A stretch of DNA of 64,000 bases from an uncultured Planctomycetales bacterium (GTDB taxonomy: Bacteria > Omnitrophota > Gorgyraeia > Gygaellales > Profunditerraquicolaceae): contig CAYRUB010000001.1 of assembly GCA_964427405.1 (NCBI GenBank), forward strand, positions 157,884 through 221,883. The letters are read 5' to 3'. A program made the position numbers and the translations under genes. Position 1 is the stretch's first letter, and each line of letters starts with the position of its first letter. Of this stretch, positions 38,762 to 49,557 are shown one piece after another. Under the pieces are notes generated by a model. It had not been told where the DNA came from. It ran no database searches and worked only from the letters and a program-made list of their open reading frames with translations.

Positions 38762-39518
38762 GAGTTTCTATTCCTTCTTTTAGTAACCTTATCGCTTCTT
38801 CAACGTGTATCATCTTGCCCTGATAAAAACACATACCCAGCTCAAGCATTCCCAAATCAGCCAGGATAAGAAACCTTAAGCAGAACTCCTGCGCGATATT
38901 ATAAAACCTGGTTCTTAAGCCTTCATAATTGAACCTGCTTGAAGCCACAACCATGAGGCAATTGTACTTGGAGATCTTCTCGATATCGTAGCGGTACTTC
39001 TTAACAAATGTTTTTAGGATTCCCAGGGTTTTATAGCGAGTTTCCACTTCCAAAGCCACATTAAGGCCGTTCGCTAAAGTTATCAGGCCATCGGGGATCT
39101 TCTCTCCTGGACGTTTTCCTCTTCTCAGATCCCATTCACATACCCATTCTTTGATATTGAGATGGCTATTAAGCAGCATAAAAGCCTCTACCATATTGTT
39201 GTGATGGATAAAGGTATTTAAACCGGCGTGGGACTTCTCAAAATAGTAATGCTCAACCATGGCTTGATCGGAAATCATTTCCCTGCCTTTATGGGTTAAA
39301 TAGTATATTTTTGTCTTGAATAAAGGCTCGTAATAAGCATCTATAAATCCTTCGCTAAGCGAGTACTGTATAAGCCAGCGGGTAAACGACAGATTCATTA
39401 TCAACTGAATAAACATTTCCAGCTGCTTCCTTGTCGCATATCTGAAAGTATAAATAAATATTAATAATGCCTTGATTCTGCGTGCCTGTTCTTCCTTAGT
39501 CAGTCTTCCTCTTTTCAT
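38745..39518 (-). CDS. Replic_Relax/MOB_C-type relaxase (wHTH plus PD-(D/E)XK)
   Basis: YYLT.KG, IHH, PDG-x-ALEVE..K...Y; overlaps the T4CP start. Confidence 0.75.
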   Translation of the reverse strand: MKRGRLTKEEQARRIKALLIFIYTFRYATRKQLEMFIQLIMNLSFTRWLIQYSLSEGFIDAYYEPLFKTKIYYLTHKGREMISDQAMVEHYYFEKSHAGLNTFIHHNNMVEAFMLLNSHLNIKEWVCEWDLRRGKRPGEKIPDGLITLANGLNVALEVETRYKTLGILKTFVKKYRYDIEKISKYNCLMVVASSRFNYEGLRTRFYNIAQEFCLRFLILADLGMLELGMCFYQGKMIHVEEAIRLLKEGIETHGQTA

Positions 39519-39533
39519 AACAATGCCTTTCTA

Positions 39534-39680
39534 GCCCCGCCCTGATTAAAGGGTTTTGTTGGTTGGGTGGTTTGGTGGATTTTGATTGGGACTGGCGTGC
39601 GGTAGCCTTCGAGAGGGTTGTTGAAAAAGGCGCCTCGTAGGCCACCGCCCGCCGTGAGCTTTAAGTGCTTGGGGGTAATA
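39534..39680 (+). repeat. 147-bp repeat copy 2, candidate oriT upstream of the relaxase
   Basis: 20-bp imperfect inverted repeat (39594-39613/39634-39653), G/T-rich tract; flanked by AAAATAATTAGC x2. Confidence 0.85.
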
Positions 39681-39787
39681 AACATACCTAGAAAATAATT
39701 AGCAAAATAATTAGCATACACAAAATCAATAAATTCGCATGTTGCTGCTAATTTCTTTAAAATTAATTTGCGAATTAATTTAACCAT

Positions 39788-41158
39788 CTAAACTCCTATT
39801 TTAGAACCAACTTTACCCACTCCCTTATCCGCATGAAGTGTCAATGCAGTGGCAGCTTCACCTATGCCGGTCAGTATCCCTTTAGTCATAAACCAGGCTA
39901 TGCCTGGAGACATCACTAAAAGCACCCCTGTCACTATGTTAAAATACGGCTTCTCAAAAAACCAAGAAGTAGTGCCGGAAGCAAGGCTTGCCTGGAGTGT
40001 TGACATATAGACAGATGCATAGTGAATTAAGGCCCAAACAATAACCCAGGACTTAACCCAAAACAGATAGATAAAATACTCCTTTAAAATGCTCAAGGTC
40101 CCAAATAAAAGGCAGAGCAATAAAGTGAACGGAAACAAACTATAAATGATCATTACCGCGTAGCCCTGTAAATACGGCAGAGCCTTAATCATAAACTCAG
40201 ACAAAGTGGTTGAAAAGAACTGCCCTACGAACGAAGAAACATAAGCCAGCCAGCTGGCAGGTTGTTTCATTATCCAGCTTAATCGTGTTGTTTGAGGATT
40301 CATGCCGTAACCAGTCATATTAGAGGCTATATCTGTAGCTGCCTTTTCATTATGCCCGGCAAGGAGTCTTATCTTTATCTCTTTATAGTCTATAAAGAGA
40401 TTGGCAAAAGAGCCTTTAGCACCTAGCTTATCTATTTCTGTTTTTATGTAGTCAGCCAGCCTCGAATCTAAAGCTTCCCAACGCTTCCTTTGGTCTAAAT
40501 CATAGTTTGCTACCACTTCTTCATCCCCAGGCCACCACTTCTTGCTTACTTTGCCTTGGGTATTGCTATTATTAATCATTCTGCCTAAAGTCTGCGGGTA
40601 ATCATTCCTTAAGAATTCTTCAAGCTCTTTTTTCAAGGCGTTATCTTTCTTGATACCTTCGCTGCTGAAATGCTGCAGGTAAATAGAAACCTTATTTACG
40701 ATGAAAGGGTTGTTAAGATAATTAAAATCCTTCTGCTGTGTTACCTGGGTGATGGCGCTTATTGTGCCATAAACAATGGCATTAAAACCCTGGCTTATGA
40801 AAACAAGGCCTAAAGAGCCTGCGCGGGCCTTTCCTGTGTCAATAAAGGCCTCTTTTAGGCTATCTTGGGTACTTGTACCCTTCCAGCCGGCTGCTTCCAT
40901 GGTAGAAGTAGCGTTTTCTAGGGTGGCCATAGGCTTAATAAAGATAAACAAAAGCACACAAAACATGAATAAATAGCTCCAGAGAATTGAAAAATCTGTT
41001 TCCTTGGCAGATCTCCACAAAGCGGTCAAAAACCCTATAAGAAATACGGCGAGGCCTATTTTTGTTTCGAAAAACAAGAAATCGATTATTGACTTGGCGT
41101 TAACCAAGCCGATAACCTCAAAAGCCGCTTCTGTTGGCGATATGCCTGTAGGAATCAT
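39788..41158 (-). CDS. TraG N-terminal-domain (VirB6-like) membrane protein
   Basis: Multiple TM segments; ALPYLQG...FPF...WVKSW. Confidence 0.7.
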   Translation of the reverse strand: MIPTGISPTEAAFEVIGLVNAKSIIDFLFFETKIGLAVFLIGFLTALWRSAKETDFSILWSYLFMFCVLLFIFIKPMATLENATSTMEAAGWKGTSTQDSLKEAFIDTGKARAGSLGLVFISQGFNAIVYGTISAITQVTQQKDFNYLNNPFIVNKVSIYLQHFSSEGIKKDNALKKELEEFLRNDYPQTLGRMINNSNTQGKVSKKWWPGDEEVVANYDLDQRKRWEALDSRLADYIKTEIDKLGAKGSFANLFIDYKEIKIRLLAGHNEKAATDIASNMTGYGMNPQTTRLSWIMKQPASWLAYVSSFVGQFFSTTLSEFMIKALPYLQGYAVMIIYSLFPFTLLLCLLFGTLSILKEYFIYLFWVKSWVIVWALIHYASVYMSTLQASLASGTTSWFFEKPYFNIVTGVLLVMSPGIAWFMTKGILTGIGEAATALTLHADKGVGKVGSKIGV

Positions 41159-41399
41159 ATTTCATTACCTCCAATAAATAAACGTGACCTAGCCTATTTT
41201 TTGACCAAACAAAAAAGGCTAAAAAACAAAAAAGACAGCTTAACATCAAACTGCCTTCAACCTCTTGGTATATAAGTATTTAATCCAGTTAATTTGTCTT
41301 GATAAATCTCTTCAAGAAAAGGTAGGATAGTCCTGTGGGAACGGAACCAGCGGTCAACCAAAAGTCTTTAGAAAAACTTTTTTATTCATACTCGCTGGT

Positions 41400-42374
41400 T
41401 TATTTTCGTAACAAAAATAATTCCTGGCGTAAATACGCGCCTACCACGCCTGACATAACATTATACCCTGCTGCGTTAAGATGCGTATGACACATTTTCA
41501 AAAATAGGCCGTTGCAATTTTCGATCTTCTTGAAAATACCATATAAATCAATAAAAACAAAATTTGAATTTTTATTTAAGAAAGATTTTAGCATTAAATC
41601 AACTGACCGGTTACCATGCCCCTGGTAAATATTATAAGGGATGCTTTTTGATATTTTAGGTAATGGGTAACTCAGAAGAATGACGGCCTTGCCCTCCTTT
41701 TGTAAACGGTCTAAGAAATCTGCAGAATAAGCAATCACCCTGTTTTCCCTGATAATGTCCTTTTCGGAATTTTGGATAATGCCCCTTAATTCCAATACCA
41801 AATTTGATAATGCATTATACAAATAACTTTTCGATAAAAATAAACCTATTTTAGAAGAATAAAACTTTATGTAGCGATTATCCCAGGGATTTTTTATTAC
41901 ATTTGCCGCTATGCCACTGGTTCCACCCAGGAAAATAATGCAGTCCGGCGTTAAAACATTCATATTCTTTTCAAGAAAATGAATTATTTCTTCAGCGCTG
42001 TAGCTAGAGATACCCGCATTGACCACCTCTATTTTTACCCCCGGTACATTCTTCCTAAGAAAATCTTCTAAAAAAGCCGGGTAGCTTTTATCTTCCGCAA
42101 CGCCTAAACCAAATGTCCAAGAATCTCCGATACAAACAATCCTATACACATCATTTTGCTTCGGTAAAATCTCTTTATTCCCTCGTAATCCTAACCTATT
42201 AAAATTACACTTCCTGTAATACGCATCCACTTCTTTCCGGCACTCAATAAGCGCCCTTACCTTGCTATCTATTAATATTGCAGGAAACCTTAAAACTTTC
42301 AGCGTCATTTCCGCCATAAATACAAATATGACTAAAGTGATCAGAGAAAATATGGCAATCTTTACTGTATTCAT
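41400..42374 (-). CDS. SGNH/GDSL-family hydrolase
   Basis: CIGDSWTFG, VNAGISSY, HLNAAGY. Confidence 0.8.
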   Translation of the reverse strand: MNTVKIAIFSLITLVIFVFMAEMTLKVLRFPAILIDSKVRALIECRKEVDAYYRKCNFNRLGLRGNKEILPKQNDVYRIVCIGDSWTFGLGVAEDKSYPAFLEDFLRKNVPGVKIEVVNAGISSYSAEEIIHFLEKNMNVLTPDCIIFLGGTSGIAANVIKNPWDNRYIKFYSSKIGLFLSKSYLYNALSNLVLELRGIIQNSEKDIIRENRVIAYSADFLDRLQKEGKAVILLSYPLPKISKSIPYNIYQGHGNRSVDLMLKSFLNKNSNFVFIDLYGIFKKIENCNGLFLKMCHTHLNAAGYNVMSGVVGAYLRQELFLLRK

Positions 42375-42431
42375 ATTTTAATTAAAAAACCTCTTTAAGC
42401 AGATTTTTTTGGCGAGCAGCCCAGGTGCATA

Positions 42432-42476
42432 TTAAAATTAAACCCCGCGCCAATACGGTGCGGGGTTTAATTTTAA
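42432..42476. terminator. bidirectional intrinsic terminator
   Basis: TTAAAATTAAACCCCGC...GCGGGGTTTAATTTTAA. Confidence 0.7.
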
Positions 42477-42492
42477 TAGAAAATAAACTGCA

Positions 42493-43170
42493 TTATTTCT
42501 TCTTAAGCTTCTCCACTAATTCAGCTACAAATCTTCCAGCTATCTCCCTACAACCGAGACCAAAAGCTAGAGCTAGAGCTAAACCGAACGAACCTAAAAT
42601 AATACCTACGGTAAGCTCAGTAACACGTATACCGATATTAAGCTGTTCCAAACCTACAAATATCGTAAAAATCATAACCACTACTTCCACGACTTGCCCC
42701 AATAATTTACCCTGGGTAAGCCCGGCATTATTAGCAGCGGTCTTTACAATATTCTTCAAGGCAGTGGCAGCAAACATACCAACAATTAAAATAAATATCC
42801 CGGCAATAACATTCGGGATATAAAGGACAACTTTATTTAACAACTCCGCAGCTATAGTCAAGCCTATAGCATTGATCGCTACCATAAAAGTAATCAAAAG
42901 CCCAAACCAATAGCAGATTACTCCGATTAAATCAGAAAGCGGATAAGTAATCCCACCCTTATCAAGTATTTTGTCCAATTCAATGCGGCTAGAGAGTGTA
43001 TCAAGTTTTATGGTTTTTAAAGCCTTACTCACGACAGCCCTGAGTAACTTAGAAAGCAACCAACCAATTATCAGGATAACGATTACCAGAAGTACATTAA
43101 CCATAAACTGGCTGATCTGGGTAAGTACATTTCTGGCTGGCTCAAGCAACACGACTTGCCAACTACTCAT
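42493..43170 (-). CDS. conserved TM-helix-repeat (CmpX/MscS-associated) membrane protein
   Basis: YIPNVIAGIFIL, ALAFGLG. Confidence 0.8.
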   Translation of the reverse strand: MSSWQVVLLEPARNVLTQISQFMVNVLLVIVILIIGWLLSKLLRAVVSKALKTIKLDTLSSRIELDKILDKGGITYPLSDLIGVICYWFGLLITFMVAINAIGLTIAAELLNKVVLYIPNVIAGIFILIVGMFAATALKNIVKTAANNAGLTQGKLLGQVVEVVVMIFTIFVGLEQLNIGIRVTELTVGIILGSFGLALALAFGLGCREIAGRFVAELVEKLKKK

Positions 43171-43242
43171 ATTCCCTCCTTTTTTAGTGTTACAACTTAC
43201 TAACTCTAACATAACTAAACAGTTATGTCAAGAATATTCCCT

Positions 43243-44022
43243 TCAAAAATCCAATGTCATGCCGTCGTAAGCTGCAATTACCTCAATACCTAAAGCCCTT
43301 GATAACTTTTCCGCTTGAAGTAACGGCTTGGCCTTAAGCATACTCATACCAAAATGAGTAAGTACGGCTTTCCCGGGCTTTAGCTTACTGATAATCATCT
43401 CTGCTTCTTTTAAACTAAGATGATCAATACCCTTGCGTGGCTCATAAAAGACTACCGAAATAATCAAAATATCTGTCTTATAAAAATCAGCTAATTCCGG
43501 AAAATACCTGGTATCAGTGATCAAACCAACAGTTGTCTTGCCAATTTTAAATTTCAAACCGTAAGTCTCACAAGGGTGGATGTGGCGCATAGAAGTAGTA
43601 AAACTAAAATCCCCCGCCAGATAGTTGTGATTTGCCTTAATAATCTGGATCTTTTCAGGAAAACCAGATGCATGCCTGAGAATGACTGAATCATTGCCAA
43701 GCGCATCAGAAGGACAAAAGACCACCCCTCTTTTCTTAAACCCACCTTCAGTCATCGCTTCAATCATTACATTTATATCATTGGCATGGTCTAAATGGCG
43801 ATGGGTCAGAATAATAGCATCCAATTTCCCCGGATCAAGTTTTGGCCTGCTAGAAGCGCAGCGCACAATACTTCCCGGCCCGGGGTCAATCAAGATATTA
43901 GCTCCTCCACAAGAAACCCATAATCCCCCGGAAGCGCGCAGCTGTTTAATCATTACAAAACGCGCCCCCGCAGTACCGAGGAATTTAATATAATCTTCCT
44001 TTTTTTGTTTTACTCTAACCAT
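43243..44022 (-). CDS. MBL-fold metallo-hydrolase
   Basis: FLGTAG, IDPGPG, THRHLDH, THFG. Confidence 0.88.
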   Translation of the reverse strand: MVRVKQKKEDYIKFLGTAGARFVMIKQLRASGGLWVSCGGANILIDPGPGSIVRCASSRPKLDPGKLDAIILTHRHLDHANDINVMIEAMTEGGFKKRGVVFCPSDALGNDSVILRHASGFPEKIQIIKANHNYLAGDFSFTTSMRHIHPCETYGLKFKIGKTTVGLITDTRYFPELADFYKTDILIISVVFYEPRKGIDHLSLKEAEMIISKLKPGKAVLTHFGMSMLKAKPLLQAEKLSRALGIEVIAAYDGMTLDF

Positions 44023-44498
44023 TTTTTCTTAAGTTCAGCGTTAATTGCCTGCATTTCAGAATAAGAAATTTTACTTTCTTCACTTTCCTGGCGGCGGGAA
44101 TCAAGCGACCTTAAACTTTTCTTGCCGCAGATAAACTCTTCCACGCCTGAGATCCTGCCGTTTAAAAGCCTGACGGCCGATTGCACGCCCTTATCATCCG
44201 AAACTACGATAATATTCCTGGGCTGACCGGATTCTTCCACCAATTTCTTTATAATTTCATCCGCCTCAATCATGCGCGAAAACACACAAACCAATGCTTC
44301 ATCTTCGGGCATCTTTTCTCCATAAGGGGGATATCCGTCAAAAACAAGGATAACTCTGTTTTTCCTGCTTCCGGATAACTTATCTAATCTAATGAAATCT
44401 GCAAGCGAACTTTGAATGTTGGGAGATTTTCTTACGCGAGGCCTAAACTGAGGATGGTTGATTATGTTGTATGCGTCGATGATGTACTGTAAGGACAT
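44010..44498 (-). CDS. NYN/YacP-like PIN ribonuclease
   Basis: IIDAYN, VFDG, AD, VVSDD. Confidence 0.8.
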   Translation of the reverse strand: MSLQYIIDAYNIINHPQFRPRVRKSPNIQSSLADFIRLDKLSGSRKNRVILVFDGYPPYGEKMPEDEALVCVFSRMIEADEIIKKLVEESGQPRNIIVVSDDKGVQSAVRLLNGRISGVEEFICGKKSLRSLDSRRQESEESKISYSEMQAINAELKKKWLE

Positions 44499-45429
44499 AA
44501 ATAATTCCTCCTATAGCCCCAGAAAAAATAATAAATGAAAACGATAAAAGAGACATTGCCAAGGCTAATTGTTTTATCACTCCCGCCTTAGCAAAATAAA
44601 CCACATATAAACCCTCCCTTAAACCTAAACCTCCCATAGCGATTGGAAGCAATGTGATTGCACTAATGATAGGCAAGAAAATAAAGAAATAAATAAGGTT
44701 TATTTTTATTCCTAAAGCAAGCCCGATAAAATAAGCACCCAGTGGATAGATCAGCTGGATAATAAAAGAAAGAACCAAATTAACAATAATCATTTTCTTA
44801 TGATTACGAAAAATATGTATCTCCCGATGCATATCCTTAATCATCTCTCTAATCCTTCCAGCCCCGGGGACAGATAAAAACCTAGCTATCCTTTCATATA
44901 TAAAACTGTTAAATAACAGTAATAGAATAACAACCAGCAAAATGACGATTACAGCTACCGAAAAATAAACTATTTTATCGTTTATAAGCGAACCCCCTAA
45001 AAAAATAGCAGGCAAAACCACAAGCACTAACCCTATATAACCGCTCAACCTGTCCAGGAAAACCGTAGCGATAACCTGCTTTGCTTTTTGGGTATGTGAG
45101 ACAAGGTCCGCTGTCTTGACCAGGTCGCCACCGATAGTTGAAGGAAGAAAAATACTAAAGAAAAGCCCCCCGCAAAAAGAACTAATTAGTTTTTTTAAAG
45201 GGATATTGATTTCGGCCGATTTAAGCAGCATCTGCCAACGCAAGAAACCAAGAATATGGACAAGCGGAACAATCGCAAACCCCAGGATCAAAAACAGCGT
45301 ATCCGCGCCTTTTATATCATTGATTAGAGCGTTAAAATCAATTTTGTTTAGTTTAAACAAAAGAAACAGAAGCACAACGCTAATGACAATTCTCAATAAT
45401 ACGGACAATACCTTTTTAAATTTGGACAT
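44443..45429 (-). CDS. lysylphosphatidylglycerol-synthase TM / flippase-like protein
   Basis: RW, LPSTIGGD, DR, LP...GGLGLRE. Confidence 0.85.
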   Translation of the reverse strand: MSKFKKVLSVLLRIVISVVLLFLLFKLNKIDFNALINDIKGADTLFLILGFAIVPLVHILGFLRWQMLLKSAEINIPLKKLISSFCGGLFFSIFLPSTIGGDLVKTADLVSHTQKAKQVIATVFLDRLSGYIGLVLVVLPAIFLGGSLINDKIVYFSVAVIVILLVVILLLLFNSFIYERIARFLSVPGAGRIREMIKDMHREIHIFRNHKKMIIVNLVLSFIIQLIYPLGAYFIGLALGIKINLIYFFIFLPIISAITLLPIAMGGLGLREGLYVVYFAKAGVIKQLALAMSLLSFSFIIFSGAIGGIIYVLTVHHRRIQHNQPSSV

Positions 45430-45431
45430 CT

Positions 45432-46325
45432 CTATTTAAGTTCTTTACCGGTTAGTTTACGATAGGCATCCAGGTATTTTTCTGTTGTCCTGGAAATTAT
45501 TTCCTTGGGTAGCGCAGGCGCGGGTGGAGTCTTATTCCAATCCAGAGTCTCTAAATAATCCCGCACAAATTGTTTATCAAAGCTGGGCTGCGGCTGGCCT
45601 GGCTGGTAATCCTCAAGCGGCCAAAAACGGGATGAATCAGGAGTAAGCACCTCATCAATAATAATAACCTGGTTATTATAAATCCCAAATTCAAATTTCG
45701 TATCTGCGATAATAATTCCTTTTTGCAGAGCATAATCCCTTGCTCGTTTATAAACTTCTATACTTGTTTTCTTTAAGACCCCGGCTATATCCCGACCAAG
45801 CAGGCCTTCAACATACTCCTGATTAACATTCTCATCATGGCCCACATCAGCCTTAGTCGATGGAGTAAATATGGGCTCAGGAAGCTTGTCTGATTCTCTT
45901 AGCCCTGCAGGCAAACCTATTCCGCAAACTGATTGTTTTTGCTTATATTCTTTCCAGCCTGAACCGGAAAGATACCCCCTTACCACACATTCAACTGGCA
46001 AAGGTTTAGTTTTTAAAACCAGCATTGAACGGCCGGCTAAATCTTTTTTATACTTCTTTAATTCAGGAGAATATTTTTCTACATCCGCCGTTATCAGATG
46101 ATGCGCAATTACATCCTTAATAAAATCAAACCAGAAAGCGGATATACTGGTTAAAACCTTGCCCTTATACGGTATACCACAAGGCAGGACTACATCAAAA
46201 CAGGATATACGATCAGTAGAAACAATCAAAAGCTTATCCCCTAAATCATAAACATCCCTTACCTTGCCTCTGCGGAAAAGCTTGAGGTCGTTAAATTCAG
46301 TTTTTAACAAAACGTCATTTACCAT
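45432..46325 (-). CDS. purC: SAICAR synthase
   Basis: [33 protein letters not shown]. Confidence 0.97.
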   Translation of the reverse strand: MVNDVLLKTEFNDLKLFRRGKVRDVYDLGDKLLIVSTDRISCFDVVLPCGIPYKGKVLTSISAFWFDFIKDVIAHHLITADVEKYSPELKKYKKDLAGRSMLVLKTKPLPVECVVRGYLSGSGWKEYKQKQSVCGIGLPAGLRESDKLPEPIFTPSTKADVGHDENVNQEYVEGLLGRDIAGVLKKTSIEVYKRARDYALQKGIIIADTKFEFGIYNNQVIIIDEVLTPDSSRFWPLEDYQPGQPQPSFDKQFVRDYLETLDWNKTPPAPALPKEIISRTTEKYLDAYRKLTGKELK

Positions 46326-48111
46326 ATTTTTTTAATCTTTCTATTAACCCTTCATATTCATCCCAAAGCTCTTTAGGCAGGTCTTTATTAAAATCTCCGA
46401 AAAATTTATTTACCCCTTTTAATTCTTCCAGCCACTCAGTTTTCTCAACCTTGAGCAGCTTTTCTAATGCCCCGGGAGAAAGATTCAACCCGGTCATATC
46501 AATATCAAAAGGATACGGCAGGTAGCCAATGGGAGTTTCCATGGCATTTACTTTATTATTGCAACGGTCTAATATCCACTCCAGTATCCTTAAATTCTCG
46601 CAGAAACCCGGCCAAATAAATTTACCATGCTCATCCTTTTTAAACCAGTTCACATGAAAAATCTTCGGCGGCTTAACCATAAGTTTGCCCATATTTAACC
46701 AGTGTCTGAAATAATCCGCCATGTTATAACCGCAGAATGGCAGCATAGCCATAGGATCCCGGCGCACATGGCCAATTTTCCCCACCTGAGCGGCAGTCAA
46801 TTCTGAACCCATAGTCGCCCCTACAAATACCCCATGCTGCCAATTAAATGATTGATAAACCAGTGGAGCTACATGTTGACGCCTGCCGCCGAAAATAATC
46901 GCTGAAATCGGCACCCCGTGGTGTTGTTCCAGTCTAAATGAAGCTGAAGGGCAATTCATGATCGGCGCAGTAAAACGCGCGTTTGCCTGCGCGCCTTTTA
47001 TTATATTGCCTTCTGCGTCCTTCATATTCGGCTTCCAGGGATTACCTTTCCAATCTATACCCTGGCCGGGAACCTCTCCGTCAGCACCCTCCCACCAAAC
47101 TGTATTATCCGGCTTCAAAAGCACATTAGTATAAATAGTATTGCTCTTTATTGTCTCCACCATATTCGGGTTAGCTTTAGAGTTTGTCCCGGGGGCAACC
47201 CCAAAAAATCCTGTCTCAGGATTTACCGCCCAAAGCGAACCATCAGAATCAACACGCATCCAGGCAATATCATCTCCTAACGTCCAGATACGGTAACCTT
47301 TCTGTTTAAGCCCTTCAGGGGGGACCATCATCGCCAGATTTGTCTTACCGCAAGCGCTGGGAAAAGCCGCGGCGATATACTCAACATGGCCATTAGGCTC
47401 TTCAATACCCATAATCAACATATGCTCTGCCATCCATTTTTCTTTTCTGGCGACATAACTGGCAATACGCAGAGAAAGGCATTTTTTACCCAAAAGCACA
47501 TTACCGCCGTAACCGGAACCAACGCTCCAGATAGTGTTATCTTCAGGAAAATGCAAAATCAATCTTTTGTTAATATCTAATTGGGCTTTTGAATGCAGGC
47601 ACCTGGTAAAATCATCATCTTTTTCCAACTGCTTTAAGACCGCATCGCCGCAACGGGCCATAATCAACATGTTCAGCACAACATACCGGGAATCAGTTAT
47701 CTCTACCCCGATTTTACTAAAAGGTGAACCTACCGGCCCCATAGAAAACGGAATTACATACATAGTTCTATCCGTCATAGATCCTTTAAATATAGACTTT
47801 GCTTTCTGATATGCCTTGGCCGGAGGCATCCAGTTATTATTCGGACCCGCATCTTGTTTTTTCTTAGTACAAATAAAAGTTAAATGTTCCGTACGCGAGA
47901 CATCATCATGGGCAGTGCGGTGCAGGAAACAACCCGGTAATTTTTCCTTATTTAAACGCAGCAAATCACCTGAAGCGACAGATTCTTTCTCAAGGGTTAA
48001 TCTTTGTTCATCAGAACCATCAACCCAAACTATATTCTTAGGGCAACAAAGCTTGTTTACTTTATTCACCCAATCAACCAGCTTCTTATTAGTTGTAGGA
48101 AAATTTTCCAT
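46315..48111 (-). CDS. pckG: phosphoenolpyruvate carboxykinase (GTP)
   Basis: [28 protein letters not shown]. Confidence 0.96.
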   Translation of the reverse strand: MENFPTTNKKLVDWVNKVNKLCCPKNIVWVDGSDEQRLTLEKESVASGDLLRLNKEKLPGCFLHRTAHDDVSRTEHLTFICTKKKQDAGPNNNWMPPAKAYQKAKSIFKGSMTDRTMYVIPFSMGPVGSPFSKIGVEITDSRYVVLNMLIMARCGDAVLKQLEKDDDFTRCLHSKAQLDINKRLILHFPEDNTIWSVGSGYGGNVLLGKKCLSLRIASYVARKEKWMAEHMLIMGIEEPNGHVEYIAAAFPSACGKTNLAMMVPPEGLKQKGYRIWTLGDDIAWMRVDSDGSLWAVNPETGFFGVAPGTNSKANPNMVETIKSNTIYTNVLLKPDNTVWWEGADGEVPGQGIDWKGNPWKPNMKDAEGNIIKGAQANARFTAPIMNCPSASFRLEQHHGVPISAIIFGGRRQHVAPLVYQSFNWQHGVFVGATMGSELTAAQVGKIGHVRRDPMAMLPFCGYNMADYFRHWLNMGKLMVKPPKIFHVNWFKKDEHGKFIWPGFCENLRILEWILDRCNNKVNAMETPIGYLPYPFDIDMTGLNLSPGALEKLLKVEKTEWLEELKGVNKFFGDFNKDLPKELWDEYEGLIERLKKYGK

Positions 48112-49023
48112 CTAGTTACTCCTATTCGCGATAAATTTATATGCAGAATCAGCTGCCACTGCCCCATCCCCACAGGCATTTATCACCTGATATAAACTTT
48201 TCTTACGGCAATCGCCACAGGCAAATATACCTTCAACTGAAGTTGCCATGGAATCATCCGAGATAATAAAACCTGCCTCATCCACCTGCAATTTGCCTTT
48301 TAAAAACAACGTCTCGGGTTCATAACCGATATAAATAAAAACGCCATCACAGCAAAAATCACTTTCTTGCCCAGTCAATAAATCCTTTATTTTCACCGCC
48401 TCAACTTTTTTAGTCCCCTTAACCTCGGTAACCAGACTGCTCAAAATAAAGCTGATCTTCTTATCCTGCTGCATCTTTTCCTGTAATATTGCCGAAGCAC
48501 GCAGGTCCTGGCGGCGATGAATTATATTTACCGAGCTGGCAAAACGACTAAGGTATATGGCCTCTTCGGCGACCGCATTCCCGCCACCCACAAGCACCAC
48601 TTTTTTCCCTTTATAAAAAGGCGCATCGCAAGTAGCGCAATAAGAAACGCCGCGGCCAGTATACTCCTTTTCTCCGGGTACATTTAATTTTCGCGGATGC
48701 GCACCGCTGGCAATGATAACCGCCTGAGCCGCAAATGTTGCGCTTGAGGTTGTGATTATCTTCTTTGCACAATCTAAATCCAATACTTCATCGCTTTGGA
48801 TCTTTACGTCTAACTCTCTAACCTGCTGCTCCATGCGGCCGATCAACTCAACAGTAGAGACCCCGCCAGGAAAACCCGGATAATTTTCAATGCTCTCGCT
48901 CATCAAAATTCTGCCGCCAGGAACCATTTTTTCAATTAAGATCGTATCCAACCGGCTGCGTCCGGCATATAGCGCGGCAGTAAGCCCTGCGGGACCAGCC
49001 CCAATAATAATTAAATCATGCAT
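48112..49023 (-). CDS. trxB: thioredoxin reductase
   Basis: GAGPAG, CATCD, GGGN. Confidence 0.95.
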   Translation of the reverse strand: MHDLIIIGAGPAGLTAALYAGRSRLDTILIEKMVPGGRILMSESIENYPGFPGGVSTVELIGRMEQQVRELDVKIQSDEVLDLDCAKKIITTSSATFAAQAVIIASGAHPRKLNVPGEKEYTGRGVSYCATCDAPFYKGKKVVLVGGGNAVAEEAIYLSRFASSVNIIHRRQDLRASAILQEKMQQDKKISFILSSLVTEVKGTKKVEAVKIKDLLTGQESDFCCDGVFIYIGYEPETLFLKGKLQVDEAGFIISDDSMATSVEGIFACGDCRKKSLYQVINACGDGAVAADSAYKFIANRSN

Positions 49024-49044
49024 TATTCAATAACCTCACTAAAG

Positions 49045-49557
49045 CTACAATTTGCGGGTCTTAGCGTCCTTCTTTAATGCCTTCAATTTCCTTCTAATTT
49101 TTAATTTCTGCAAAAAAGATGCGTAATCAACTATAAGTTTGCCTTCCAGATGATCAATTTCATGTTGTAAAACACAAGCAAAGAGATCCTTGGCTTCTAT
49201 TCTTACCGGCCGGCTATTTTCATCAAGCGCCTCGATCCAAACCTGTTTTGAGCGCTTGACCTTAACACATGCTCCCGGTACGCTAAGACAACCCTCCTGT
49301 ATAGCCTGGCTGCCCTGCCGCTTAACAATTTTAGGATTAACTAATTTATAAAGCCCCTCCCCGATATCTACCACAATTAACTGCACGCTCATACCAACTT
49401 GCGGAGCAGCCAACCCAATCCCGGAATGCTCATACATGGACTCTGCCATTAAACTTAAGGTTTTTCGGTGTTCAGCAGAGATCTCTTTGACTGGTTTTGC
49501 CTTTTTCCTTAATACAGAATCACCGAATATGTTAATCTTTAATCTGGTTTCTGGCAT
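49045..49557 (-). CDS. def: peptide deformylase
   Basis: [19 protein letters not shown]. Confidence 0.97.
   Translation of the reverse strand: MPETRLKINIFGDSVLRKKAKPVKEISAEHRKTLSLMAESMYEHSGIGLAAPQVGMSVQLIVVDIGEGLYKLVNPKIVKRQGSQAIQEGCLSVPGACVKVKRSKQVWIEALDENSRPVRIEAKDLFACVLQHEIDHLEGKLIVDYASFLQKLKIRRKLKALKKDAKTRKL

Larger units (their letters stand above)
3150..41400. mobile_element. ICE-like conjugative island (F-like T4SS, type IV pilus, T4CP, MOB_C-type relaxase, defence cargo); ends approximate
   Basis: Continuous tra/pil/relaxase/defence genes between housekeeping clusters; no integrase or att repeat found. Confidence 0.8.

Noticed and set aside
39515-39787. 90-aa ORF between traG and the relaxase
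   Set aside because: It runs through the 147-bp repeat and AT-rich repeats and has no recognisable motif; more likely non-coding.
42410-42425. CCTGGGCTGCTCGCCA on the minus strand, resembling a tRNA 3' end or att remnant
   Set aside because: No second copy or full tRNA in the window, and its orientation does not fit the island.
43203-43231. dif/Xer-like palindrome ACATAACT-AAAC-AGTTATGT
   Set aside because: Better explained as the TTGACA-17-TAGAGT promoter of the next gene; the spacer is not the 6 bp of dif.
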